64,000 nt of DNA, taken from positions 15,408 to 79,407 of the forward strand of contig VBOR01000057.1 of assembly GCA_005893165.1 (NCBI GenBank). Reading direction: 5' to 3'. The position numbers and the translations under genes were made by a program. Positions within the stretch are counted from its first letter, which is position 1. Each line of letters opens with the position of its first letter. This document shows, piece after piece, positions 1 to 8,846 of this stretch. Source of the DNA: Candidatus Eiseniibacteriota bacterium (GTDB taxonomy: Bacteria; Eisenbacteria; RBG-16-71-46; SZUA-252). A model generated the notes under the pieces. It did not search any database, was not told where the DNA came from, and was given only the letters and a program-made list of their open reading frames with translations.

Positions 1-98
1 CCCGAGATCTCCTTCCAGGCGGTGAATCCCGTTGATTCTCCCCCGGTAGGGCAGTAGGGTGCGATGTGGTCATGGACGAAGCGGGCGGGGGGAGTGAT

Positions 99-164
99 CG
101 GGGGAGCGGTGTTTCCCGTGGGAAATCTATCTTCACCATTTCCGAGGGAAACACCGCTCCCCCG
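99..164. repeat. Perfect 19-bp inverted repeat (99-117 / 146-164) with a nested 6-bp inverted repeat (GGAAAT..ATTTCC) in the 28-nt spacer, flanked by G-run and C-run; sits 15 nt upstream of the histidine kinase start
   Basis: Direct reading: CGGGGGAGCGGTGTTTCCC ... GGGAAACACCGCTCCCCCG are exact reverse complements. Confidence 0.8.
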
Positions 165-178
165 CCCATTCCCCCCGT

Positions 179-1648
179 TTGCGCTCTGTGGACACCTGGA
201 GCTCTGCTGACCGATCACCACCCGGGGGATTCCTCCTGAGTCGCGGCCTCATCCTCTACGTCGTTCTCATCATCGCCGCCGGCGCGGCGGTCCTCGCGTC
301 CGCGTTTCCGGAATTCCGCAACCTCGGCCTCATCCACGTCGTCGCCTGGATCCTCGTCAGCCTTCTCGCCGAAAGCCTCTGGCTCTCCACGATCACCGGC
401 AAGGCCATGGAGAGCATGGCCTCCACCGTGGACCTGAGCCTCCTCGTGCTCTTCGGCTATCGGCCGGCGGTCTGGATCGCGGCCATCGCCTTCTCGATCG
501 CCAACGTGATCTTTTCCAGGCGCACGTGGTACAAGGCGCTCTTCAACGCGGGACAGAACGTGCTCGCCCTCTCGGCCGCGGGTCTCGCGTACGCCGTGCT
601 GGGCGGTAAGCCGCTCTGGTTGCACAACCAATCGACCTCGGCCGCGTTCACGCTGTCGCTCATCCTGCCGTGGGTCGCCGCCTCGGTCGTGTACTTCTTC
701 GTGAACACGATGCTCGTGGCGGGCGCCGTGGCGCTGAGCACGCGCCGGAAGGTCCTCCAGACCTGGCGCGAGGAGTACATCTACTACAACTCCCTCATCT
801 CCTCGGTGGCGCTCTTCTTCCTCTCCCCCCTGGTCGTCGTCTCCTACATGGCGATCGGGTACTACGGGCTCATCTTTCTCTTCGTGCCCCTCCTCCTCAT
901 CAAGGAGGCCAACGCCAAGTACATCGCGCTGGAGCGCGCCAAGGACGAGCTGGTGAGCTCCGAGCGGCTCGCGGCAAAAGGGGAAATGGCCGCGGAGATC
1001 GCGCACGAGCTGAACAATTCGCTCGCGGCCATCTCGGCGCGCGCCCAGTTCTTCCTCATGGGGGTCGGCACGATGACCCCGGAGAAGACGCAGGAGAGCG
1101 CCAAGATCATCTTCGAGCAGGCGAGCGCCATGACGGTGCTCACGAAGGGCCTCATGGATTTCTCGCACAAGGAGCTGCGCAAGCAGCCGACGAAGCTGAA
1201 CGACGTGATCCGGAAGACGGTCGAGTTCATCACGCCGCAGAACAAGTACGAGCGGGTGGAATTCGCGCTGGATCTCTCGGAGGACCTGCCGGACATGAAT
1301 CTGGACCCGGGGCAGGTCCAGCAGGTCTTCATGAACCTCTTCAGCAACTCGGCCGACGCGCTGAAGAGCACGAAGACCGCGATGCCGCGGATCGTCATCC
1401 GCTCCCGCCTCAAGGCGGCCGTGGGGGAGGTGGAGCTGACGGTCGAGGACAACGGCCCGGGGATCCCCTCGGATGCCATGGAGAAGCTCTTCGAGCCTTC
1501 CTTCACGACCAAGCCCGAGGGACACGGCTTCGGGCTCTCCACCTGCTACCGGATCATCCAGAACCACGGAGGAAAAATCTCGGCGCAGAACGTGCCGGGG
1601 TCGGGCGCGCGGTTCACGATCACGCTCCCGGGAAGGGACGGGTTCTAG
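179..1648 (+). CDS. Membrane-anchored sensor histidine kinase (multi-TM N-terminus, HisKA + HATPase_c)
   Basis: About 6 hydrophobic helices in the first 240 aa; H-box EIAHELNNSLAAI; N-box NLFSNSADAL; G-boxes DNGPGIP and GHGFGLS. Confidence 0.8.
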   Translation: MRSVDTWSSADRSPPGGFLLSRGLILYVVLIIAAGAAVLASAFPEFRNLGLIHVVAWILVSLLAESLWLSTITGKAMESMASTVDLSLLVLFGYRPAVWIAAIAFSIANVIFSRRTWYKALFNAGQNVLALSAAGLAYAVLGGKPLWLHNQSTSAAFTLSLILPWVAASVVYFFVNTMLVAGAVALSTRRKVLQTWREEYIYYNSLISSVALFFLSPLVVVSYMAIGYYGLIFLFVPLLLIKEANAKYIALERAKDELVSSERLAAKGEMAAEIAHELNNSLAAISARAQFFLMGVGTMTPEKTQESAKIIFEQASAMTVLTKGLMDFSHKELRKQPTKLNDVIRKTVEFITPQNKYERVEFALDLSEDLPDMNLDPGQVQQVFMNLFSNSADALKSTKTAMPRIVIRSRLKAAVGEVELTVEDNGPGIPSDAMEKLFEPSFTTKPEGHGFGLSTCYRIIQNHGGKISAQNVPGSGARFTITLPGRDGF

Positions 1649-1658
1649 CCGGACCCGC

Positions 1659-2003
1659 TCAGCGGTCGAGCGCGCTCACGACCGCCACGCCGGCGAGGGC
1701 GCCCGCGAGATCGGCGGCCAAATCCTTCCAGCTCGCGCCCCGCTTCAGACGGCGCGGCTTGAGCGTCGCGTCGTAGATCTCCTTGACGATCCCGGCGCCG
1801 AACGCGGCCGCGACGGCCGTCCGCCGGCTTTGCCCTTCGATCCGCAGCGACGCCGCGACCGCGAGCGAGCCCGCGAAGTGGAGCTCCTTGTCGGCGGCGA
1901 GCCAGGAGCCCTGCTCCTGGGAAGAGAGAAAGAGCGGCTCCGCGGATGCGACCCCCGCGGTCGCCGTCACCGCGAGGCAGAGGAGCGCGAAGCGCGCGCC
2001 CAT
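1659..2003 (-). CDS. Small secreted or lipoprotein-like hypothetical protein (signal peptide MGARFALLCLAVTATAGVASA, Gly/Ala-rich)
   Basis: ORF-track ORF 1659..2129 on the minus strand; start set at the internal Met that opens a signal peptide. Convergent with the kinase gene and divergent from cca. Confidence 0.45.
   Translation of the reverse strand: MGARFALLCLAVTATAGVASAEPLFLSSQEQGSWLAADKELHFAGSLAVAASLRIEGQSRRTAVAAAFGAGIVKEIYDATLKPRRLKRGASWKDLAADLAGALAGVAVVSALDR
1662..1685. terminator. 7-bp GC stem hairpin (GCGGTCG..CGACCGC) between convergent genes; no U-tract
   Basis: Inverted repeat read directly; lies between the two convergent stop codons. Confidence 0.25.
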
Positions 2004-2067
2004 GCTCGGCAGCGCGGACGAGCGCCGCGACCGCTCCGCGCGAAGTCTCTCGGATCGCATCCGGCGG

Positions 2068-3480
2068 ATGATACCATCGCCCTCCATGACCCAGGCTCGA
2101 CTGTCTTCCACCCAGGTTCCGGGACCCATTCTGGACGTGCTTCGCCGCCTGCAAGAGGCGGGGCATCGCGCCTACGTGATCGGCGGCGCGACCCGGGAGC
2201 TCCTGAGCGGCGCGAGGCCCGCTCCTCAAGACTGGGACGTGGGGACCAGCGCGACGCCCGAGGAGGTGCTCCGGCTCTATCCGAAGGGCGTGGCCACGGG
2301 CGCGCGGTTCGGCACCATCACGGTCCCCACGGAAGCGGGTCCCTGCGAGGTCACGACCTTCCGCGTGGAATCCGAATACAAGGACGCGCGCCATCCCGAT
2401 CGGGTCACCTTCGTGCGCGAGCTGGAGGAGGACCTCCGCCGCCGCGACTTCACCGTGAACGCGATGGCGTGGGATCCGCTGGCGGACCGCCTCGTGGATC
2501 CCACGGGCGGCATCCCCGATCTCGAGGCGGGCGTTCTGCGCGCGGTGGGGGATCCGCTCACCCGCTTCCGCGAGGACGGCCTCCGTCCCATCCGCGCAGC
2601 GCGCTTCGCCGCGACGCTCGGGTTCGCGCTGGAGGAGAAGACCGAGCGTGCGCTCCCGGACGCGCGCACCGAGGTGGGCCGGGTCGCCGCGGAGCGCGTG
2701 CAGGAGGAATTGATGAAGATGCTGCGCGCTCCGGAGCCTTCGCGCGGCTTCGAGGTGCTCCGGCGCGCGGGTCTTCTCGGCGTCTGGCTGCCGGAGATCG
2801 AGAAGACGATCGCGGTCCCTCAGAACCGCTATCACGCCTACGACGTGTACTTCCACACCCTCTACACCTGCGACGCCGCCCCGGCGGAGAAGCCCGTGGT
2901 GCGCCTGGCCGCGCTCTTCCACGACGTGGGGAAGCCCGAGACGCGCCAGGAACGGGAGGACGGGGAGGCTACCTTCTACAACCACCAGTTCGTGGGAGAG
3001 CGGATGGCCCGCGAAGCGATGGAGCGGCTCCGCTTCAGCCGGGACCTGACCGATCGCGTCGCGCATCTCGTCCGCCAGCACATGTTCGATTACCGTCCGC
3101 AGTGGACCGACGCGGCGGTGCGCCGCTTCATCCGCAGCGTGGGCGTGGAAGCGATCGCCGATCTCTTCGATCTCAGGATCGCCGACAACGTGGGGAACGG
3201 ACTCAAGACCGGCTTCCCGCACTATCTCGAGGAGCTCCGCGGCCGCGTGGACGCGACCCTCGAAGCGGAGGAGGCGCTCTCGATCCGCGACCTCGAGGTG
3301 GACGGAAGCGACGTCATGGCGGCGCTCGATCTGCCTCCCGGACCGCGGGTCGGTAAGATCCTGGACCAGCTCCTCGAGGAGGTGCTCGAAAACCCCTCCT
3401 TGAATCGCCGGGAGCGCCTTCTGGAGCGCATCCGGCAGGGGTTTTCGATTGACACCCAGGGCTCCCGGGACCTAGGCTGA
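2068..3480 (+). CDS. cca: CCA-adding tRNA nucleotidyltransferase with C-terminal HD domain
   Basis: Pol-beta-type head (YVIGGATRELL, DWDVGT, RFGT) and HD motif (LFHDVGKPETR). Confidence 0.85.
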   Translation: MIPSPSMTQARLSSTQVPGPILDVLRRLQEAGHRAYVIGGATRELLSGARPAPQDWDVGTSATPEEVLRLYPKGVATGARFGTITVPTEAGPCEVTTFRVESEYKDARHPDRVTFVRELEEDLRRRDFTVNAMAWDPLADRLVDPTGGIPDLEAGVLRAVGDPLTRFREDGLRPIRAARFAATLGFALEEKTERALPDARTEVGRVAAERVQEELMKMLRAPEPSRGFEVLRRAGLLGVWLPEIEKTIAVPQNRYHAYDVYFHTLYTCDAAPAEKPVVRLAALFHDVGKPETRQEREDGEATFYNHQFVGERMAREAMERLRFSRDLTDRVAHLVRQHMFDYRPQWTDAAVRRFIRSVGVEAIADLFDLRIADNVGNGLKTGFPHYLEELRGRVDATLEAEEALSIRDLEVDGSDVMAALDLPPGPRVGKILDQLLEEVLENPSLNRRERLLERIRQGFSIDTQGSRDLG

Positions 3481-3518
3481 CCGCCGATTTCACATAGAAA
3501 CCCTGCGCTAGGAGCCCA

Positions 3519-4538
3519 TTGACCGCTCGCAGAGCAGCGCCTGAAGTGCTTCCGGCCGAACCTCCGACGCTGGAAACGATCCGGAGCCCGATCGCGGAGC
3601 CGTTCGAGCGGTTTCAAACCGAGCTCGACGACGCCTTCCTCTGCGACGTCGGGCTGGTGGGCACGGTCGGCGCCCACCTGCACCGCGCCTACGGAAAGCG
3701 GTTCCGTCCCACCCTCGTCCTTCTCGCCGCGAAAGGATTCGGGGCGGTCACCGACGAAGCGATCTTCGGCGCTGTGGTCGTGGAGCTGATCCACACCGCC
3801 ACGCTGATCCACGACGACTCGGTGGACAAGAGCCTCCTCCGGCGCGGCCTTCCGACCGTGAACAGCGCCTTCAACAACGACACCGCCATTCTCATGGGGG
3901 ACTACCTCTACTCGAAGGCGTTCTCCATCCTCGTCAACAAGCGCATGTACGAAGCCATGGATCTCCTCGCCGACGCGACCCACCGGATGAGCCAGGGGGA
4001 GCTGCGCCAGATCGAGCAGAAGAACCGCCTCGACCTGGCGGAGAAGGAATACATGCGCGTGATCGACGAGAAGACCGCCTGCCTCATGTCCGCGGGGTGC
4101 GAGCTGGGGGCGAACGCCGGAGGGGCCGACGGGAAACGCCGCGCGGCCTTGAACCGGTTCGGGCGCGCCCTGGGGCTCGCGTTCCAGATCACGGACGATC
4201 TCTTCGACTATCTCGGCGCCGAGAAGGTGACGGGGAAGACGGGAGGGAACGATCTCGACGGCGGAAAGATCACCCTGCCTCTGATCAACGCCCTCCGCGA
4301 GGCTCCCGAAGGGGAGCGGCGCGACATGGAGGACCTGATCCGGTCGCGCGATTTCCGGAACGGCCACTGGTCCGACGTCGTGCGATTCGTGACGGTCCAT
4401 GGCGGGGTCGCCTACAGCCAGAAGCGGAGCACGGAGCTGGCCGAGCGCGCCGAGGAGGAGCTCGCGTCCGTTCCGGATCCCGAGATCCGCGAATCGCTGC
4501 AAAACGCCGTCCGGTACGCGGTGACCCGCGAGCGTTGA
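3519..4538 (+). CDS. Polyprenyl diphosphate synthase (IspB/HepT-type trans-isoprenyl diphosphate synthase)
   Basis: First and second Asp-rich motifs: LIHDDSVDKSLLRRG and FQITDDLFDY. Confidence 0.85.
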   Translation: MTARRAAPEVLPAEPPTLETIRSPIAEPFERFQTELDDAFLCDVGLVGTVGAHLHRAYGKRFRPTLVLLAAKGFGAVTDEAIFGAVVVELIHTATLIHDDSVDKSLLRRGLPTVNSAFNNDTAILMGDYLYSKAFSILVNKRMYEAMDLLADATHRMSQGELRQIEQKNRLDLAEKEYMRVIDEKTACLMSAGCELGANAGGADGKRRAALNRFGRALGLAFQITDDLFDYLGAEKVTGKTGGNDLDGGKITLPLINALREAPEGERRDMEDLIRSRDFRNGHWSDVVRFVTVHGGVAYSQKRSTELAERAEEELASVPDPEIRESLQNAVRYAVTRER

Positions 4539-4903
4539 ACCTCGAACCCGCCCGGAACCTCCCCGCCCAGGACCTCGCGCGCGAAGCGGCGCGGCTCACC
4601 CTGACCAAGCGGGCCGAGGACGTCGTGATCCTCGACCTCCGCGAGCTGGACGGAGTCTGCGACTACTTCGTGCTCTCGACCGGTCAGTCGGAGGTCCAGA
4701 CGCGCGCGATCGCGGACGCCGTGGACGAGGGAATGCGCGCGCGCGGCGTCCGTCCCTGGCACGTGGAAGGGTACGAGGCGCGGCGCTGGATCCTTCTCGA
4801 CTACGTGGATTTCGTCGTGCACGTCTTCCACACGCGGGCCCGTGAGTATTATCTCTTGGACAAGCTCTGGGGCGATGCCCACCGAGAAACCGTGGCCGAT
4901 TGA
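4535..4903 (+). CDS. rsfS: Ribosomal silencing factor RsfS (Iojap family); TTG start overlapping the upstream stop (TTGA)
   Basis: C-terminal 120 aa of ORF 4097..4903 (EDVVILDLRELDGVCDYFVLSTGQSEVQTRAIAD...HVFHTRAREYY). Confidence 0.75.
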   Translation: MNLEPARNLPAQDLAREAARLTLTKRAEDVVILDLRELDGVCDYFVLSTGQSEVQTRAIADAVDEGMRARGVRPWHVEGYEARRWILLDYVDFVVHVFHTRAREYYLLDKLWGDAHRETVAD

Positions 4904-6403
4904 GGCCTACCTTGCGGAGCGCCTCGAGGCAGCGATTCCCAAAGCGGGGCTCATGCTTCCCGAGGGCGCGCGCATCGACGTCGAGGTTCCGCGCGAGCCC
5001 GAGCACGGAGACTGGGCCACCCCGGTCGCGCTGACGCTCGCGAAGACCGCGCGCCGGCCGCCGCGGCAGGTCGCGGAGACGCTGCGGGACGTGCTCGTGA
5101 AGGAGATCGAGCGGGACGTCGTGAGCTCGATCGAGATCGCGGGCGCCGGATTCATCAACTTCCGCCTCGCGCCCGCCTGGCTCACCGCCAATCTCACGCG
5201 GATCCTCGAGAACCCCGGCGTCTACGGCAGCTCTCCGGTGGGGCGCGGGGAGAAGATCCTCATCGAGTACGTGAGCGCCAATCCCACCGGTCCGCTCAAC
5301 GTCGTGAACGCGCGCGCCGCGAGCATCGGCGACGCGCTGATCCGGATCCTGAACGCGGCGGGGTACGAAGCGCGCGGGGAGTTCTACGCGAACGACTGGG
5401 GGCTTCAGGCGGAGCTCTTCGGCGCCTCCATCGAGACGCGCTTCCAGGAGCGTCTCGGACTTCCGGCTTCCCCTCTTCCCGAAGAGGGCTACGCCGGAGC
5501 GTACGTGGCGGAGGTCGCGCGCACGGTGCCGGAGCAGGACGGACGCTCGTGGCTCGGGCTCCCGGAGCGCGAGCGGCGGCTCCGCTTCGCGGGGTGGGGC
5601 ATCGACCGCATGCTGGAGCGGCAGAAGGTGGATCTCGACCGCTTCGGCGCGCGGATGGACCGCTGGTTCCGCGAGAGCGAGCTCCATCGAGGGGGCGCGG
5701 TCGAGAAGGCGCGCGCGCGCCTGGGCGAGCGGGGGATGACGGAGACGCGCGACGGCGCGCTCTGGTTCCGCTCGACCGAGTTCGGGTGATCGAGGCGCTG
5801 GGATGGCCTCGGGAGCGCTTCGAGGTGATCCTGATCCAGTGGGTTCGGCTGCTCCGGGGCGGGGAGCCGGTGAAGATGTCCAAGCGCGCGGGGGAATTCA
5901 TCACGCTCGAGGATCTCGTGCAGGAGGTGGGCGTGGACGCGGCGCGCTTCTTCTTCCTCATGCGCCGCGCGGAGAGCCCGCTCGACTTCGATCTCGAGCT
6001 GGCGGTCAAGCGGAGCGAGGACAATCCCGTGTACTACGTGCAGTACGCGCACGCGCGCATCGTCCATGTCCTGGAATACGCGACGAGCCAGGGCGTGCCG
6101 GAGCCGTCCCTCGCGGCGGCGCGGCCCGATCTCCTGCACGAGGCGGAGACCTTGACGCTGCTCCGCGGGCTCGCGGGATTTCCGTCCCTGGTCGCGGCCG
6201 CGGCGAGGCACCGGGAGCCCCACCGCATTCCCATGTACTTGAAAGACTTGGCGGCCCGTTTTCATTCGTTTTATCACGTGCACCGGGTGGTCGGTCCCGA
6301 TGCCGCCGTCACCGCGGCCAGGCTCCTCCTCACGCGCGCGACCGGCGTCGTCTTTCGCCGCGGGCTGGAGCTCCTCGGCGTGAGCGCTCCGGAGTCGATG
6401 TAG
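4875..6403 (+). pseudogene. argS: Arginyl-tRNA synthetase, disrupted: frame switch near 5785, loss of about 50 codons (the DIAY...GADHHGH core), and HIGH motif replaced by NVVN
   Basis: N-half in frame 0 (ORF 4842..5789) ends ALWFRSTEFG*; the C-half in a different frame (ORF 5549..6403) resumes RVRVIEALGWPRERFEVILIQ...KMSKRAG...DALR domain. Confidence 0.8.
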
Positions 6404-6405
6404 GC

Positions 6406-7335
6406 ATGGCGATCGCGGTCGTCGGCTCTCTGGGCCTGGACACCATCCAGACCCCGGCGGGGCGCGCGGTGGAAGTACTCGGAGGGTCCGCGGCCTATTT
6501 CGCGCTCGCGGCCCGGCACTTCATTCCGGTCTCGCTCGTGGCGGTGGTGGGGAGCGACTTTCCCGCGGAGGCGCGGGGCGCGCTCGAGCACCCGGATCTG
6601 GATCTCTCGGGGATCGAGGTGCGCGATGGAAAGACCTTCCGCTGGGAGGGGGTCTACAGCAAGGACATGAACACGCGCGAGACCCTCCGCACGGAGCTCA
6701 ACGTCTTCGAGGAGTTCCGTCCCAGGCTCCACGACCGCCTGCGCTCCTTCACCGACGTGTTCCTCGCGAACATCGATCCCGTGCTCCAGCGCGAGGTCCT
6801 GGATCAGCTGAAGCATCCGCGTCTGGTGCTCTGCGACACGATGAACTACTGGATCCACGGAAAGAGGAAGGAGCTCCTGGAGATCCTGAAGCGCGTGCGC
6901 ATCCTCCTCATCAACGAGGAGGAAGCGCGGGAGCTGACGGGCGAATCCCTCATGCACAAGGCCGCCCGCGCGATCCTGACGCTGGGACCGGAGATCGCCG
7001 TCATCAAGCAGGGGGAGCACGGCGCCTTCTTGCAGTCCCGCGATCTCTACTTCACGTGCCCGGCGGTTCCGATCGAGAGCGTGATCGACCCGACCGGAGC
7101 GGGGGACACCTTCGCCGGCGGATTCTTCGGGGCGCTGGCGCGCATGGAGCGGGTCACCGATCGCACGCTGCGGGCCGCCGTCGTCTACGGGTGCGTGATG
7201 GCCTCCTTCACCGTGGAGGACTTCGGCGTCCTGGGGCTCGCCCGCGTCCAGCGGCCGGAGATCCTGCGCCGTGCCGACCAGGTGATGGAGATGACGCGCT
7301 TCAGTCTGGACAACACGGCGCGACTTCTTCGTTGA
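6406..7335 (+). CDS. PfkB-family carbohydrate/ribokinase-like kinase
   Basis: MAIAVVGSLGLD N-terminus and C-terminal DPTGAGDTFAGGF anion-hole motif. Confidence 0.8.
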   Translation: MAIAVVGSLGLDTIQTPAGRAVEVLGGSAAYFALAARHFIPVSLVAVVGSDFPAEARGALEHPDLDLSGIEVRDGKTFRWEGVYSKDMNTRETLRTELNVFEEFRPRLHDRLRSFTDVFLANIDPVLQREVLDQLKHPRLVLCDTMNYWIHGKRKELLEILKRVRILLINEEEARELTGESLMHKAARAILTLGPEIAVIKQGEHGAFLQSRDLYFTCPAVPIESVIDPTGAGDTFAGGFFGALARMERVTDRTLRAAVVYGCVMASFTVEDFGVLGLARVQRPEILRRADQVMEMTRFSLDNTARLLR

Positions 7336-7422
7336 CGCCGTCGGTCCGCCGACGCACCCCGGACGCGGACGCCGCGCACGCGGGCGCGCGCGCAGGGCGC
7401 CGGTACGGGGAGTTGTCCTCTG

Positions 7423-7434
7423 GTGCCGCGGCAC
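7423..7434. promoter_or_regulatory. Perfect 12-bp palindrome GTGCCGCGGCAC immediately upstream of a sigma-54-like promoter
   Basis: Read directly. Confidence 0.3.
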
Positions 7435-7440
7435 GCTCCC

Positions 7441-7455
7441 TGGCACACTCCGTGC
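7441..7455 (+). promoter_or_regulatory. Putative sigma-54 (-24/-12) promoter TGGCAC-actccg-TGC upstream of the HD-GYP gene
   Basis: GG (7442-43) and GC (7454-55) are 12 nt apart as in the TGGCACG-N4-TTGCW consensus; -24 is perfect and -12 is GTGC. Confidence 0.4.
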
Positions 7456-7517
7456 GGTAGCGGGACCCGTTGACGAGGGGAGGGGGCTTGGGTCGGAGAC
7501 TGGAAGCCGAGCTTGTG

Positions 7518-8846
7518 ATGCCGCCCGAAAGAACGCCGGTGTCGCGCGCCAAGGCACCGGTCCGGACTCCGCTCGCCTGGGTGCTCCTTCCGTCCTTTCT
7601 CGCCGCGCTTCCGGTGCTCCTTGCGATCTTCGGCGGGCCCGAGGTGAAGCAGACGCGTTGGGACGCGTGGGGCGTCCTGGTCTGGTTCGCGCTCCTCGTC
7701 GCGGCGGAAGCGCTTCCGGTCGCGATGCTCCGCGGCGCCACGATGACGATCGCCTCCATCCTGGACGTCGGGGCGATCCTCCTCTTCGGTCCGTGGATCG
7801 CGGGGTTCCTGGATCTCTGCACGACGGGCGTGGCGCAGGTGCTGCTCCTCCGGAGGCCGGTGGGGGAGGCCGCACTGAACGCGGGTCTTTACGCCTCGAC
7901 GACCATCCTCGCGGGAGCGGCGTACCTCGCGGCGGGCGGCGGACTGGGCGCGCCCAGTTTCCCGCGCGATCTCCTGCCCGTCCTCCTCGCGGGTTCTCTC
8001 TACTTCATGCTCAACACCGGAGCCGTCAGCCTCGTCATGGGGACGAGCAGCGGCGAGGATCCCGGCCGGATCTGGCGCCACCAGTTCCGCGACGGCGTTC
8101 CCCAATACGCGCTCTCGATCGGGTTCGGGCTTCTCTTCGCCCAGGTGCGCATGGCGGCGGGGGTCCCGGGGGTGCTGCTCCTCGTGCTCCCGCTCTTCTT
8201 CGCCCGGTACGCGCTCCAGCTCTACGCGGACCTGAAGGGGGACCTCGTGAGCTTCGTGCGCGCGCTGAGCGTGGTGCTCGACTCGGTCGATCCCTACACG
8301 CACGAGCATTCGGTGCGCGTCGCGGACTATTCGGTGCGCGTGGCGCGCCACCTCGGCCTTCGCGAGGACGAAGTCGAGACGATTCACTACGCCGCGCTCT
8401 GCCACGACATCGGGAAGATCGCGCAGCGCCCGGAGGTGATCCGGAAGCCCATGGCGCTCGATCCGCACGAGCGCAAGCTCATGATGCGCCACCCCGAGGC
8501 CGGCGCGCGGATCGTGGGCCAGATCCGGGCCCTGCGCACCGCGGCCGCCATGGTGCGCACGCACCACTGGCGTCCCGACGGGCGCGGGTATCCTTCCGGC
8601 CTCGAGGATTCCGACGTGCCCCTGGGGGCGCGCATCATCCACGTGTGCGACGCCTTCGACGCCATGACTTCCGACCGCCCCTACCGCAAGGGGCTCCCGA
8701 TGGCCCGCGCGCTCGTCGAGCTGAACCGGCACGCCGGCTCGCAGTTCGACACGAGGGCCGTCGCGGCGCTTTCGGAGCTTCACGGACTGGGAAGGCTCGT
8801 TCCCGCCCGGCCGGACTCCGGCCTCGTGCTGGACCTTTTCCCATGA
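7518..8846 (+). CDS. Membrane-anchored HD-GYP domain phosphodiesterase (c-di-GMP signalling)
   Basis: N-terminal multi-TM region; HD (ALCHDIGK) and HHWRPDGRGYP HD-GYP signature; start codon uncertain (TTG 7470, GTG 7515 or ATG 7518). Confidence 0.8.
   Translation: MPPERTPVSRAKAPVRTPLAWVLLPSFLAALPVLLAIFGGPEVKQTRWDAWGVLVWFALLVAAEALPVAMLRGATMTIASILDVGAILLFGPWIAGFLDLCTTGVAQVLLLRRPVGEAALNAGLYASTTILAGAAYLAAGGGLGAPSFPRDLLPVLLAGSLYFMLNTGAVSLVMGTSSGEDPGRIWRHQFRDGVPQYALSIGFGLLFAQVRMAAGVPGVLLLVLPLFFARYALQLYADLKGDLVSFVRALSVVLDSVDPYTHEHSVRVADYSVRVARHLGLREDEVETIHYAALCHDIGKIAQRPEVIRKPMALDPHERKLMMRHPEAGARIVGQIRALRTAAAMVRTHHWRPDGRGYPSGLEDSDVPLGARIIHVCDAFDAMTSDRPYRKGLPMARALVELNRHAGSQFDTRAVAALSELHGLGRLVPARPDSGLVLDLFP

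Noticed and set aside
215-3356. Long antisense or out-of-frame ORFs (e.g. 215..1567 -, 1473..3356 +, 1645..3222 -, 3222..4502 -, 20888..24589 - of 1233 aa, 28518..30821 -, 44282..46669 -) in the ORF track
   Set aside because: They overlap + strand genes that have strong, motif-level homology. Their translations are Arg/Gly/Pro/Ala-rich low-complexity strings, typical of stop-codon-poor frames in a 70% GC genome, and no conserved domain is recognisable.
5803-7335. 510-aa ORF spanning the argS 3' end and the PfkB kinase
   Set aside because: Only the part from ATG 6406 has homology to PfkB kinases; the upstream 200 codons are the out-of-frame overlap of argS.
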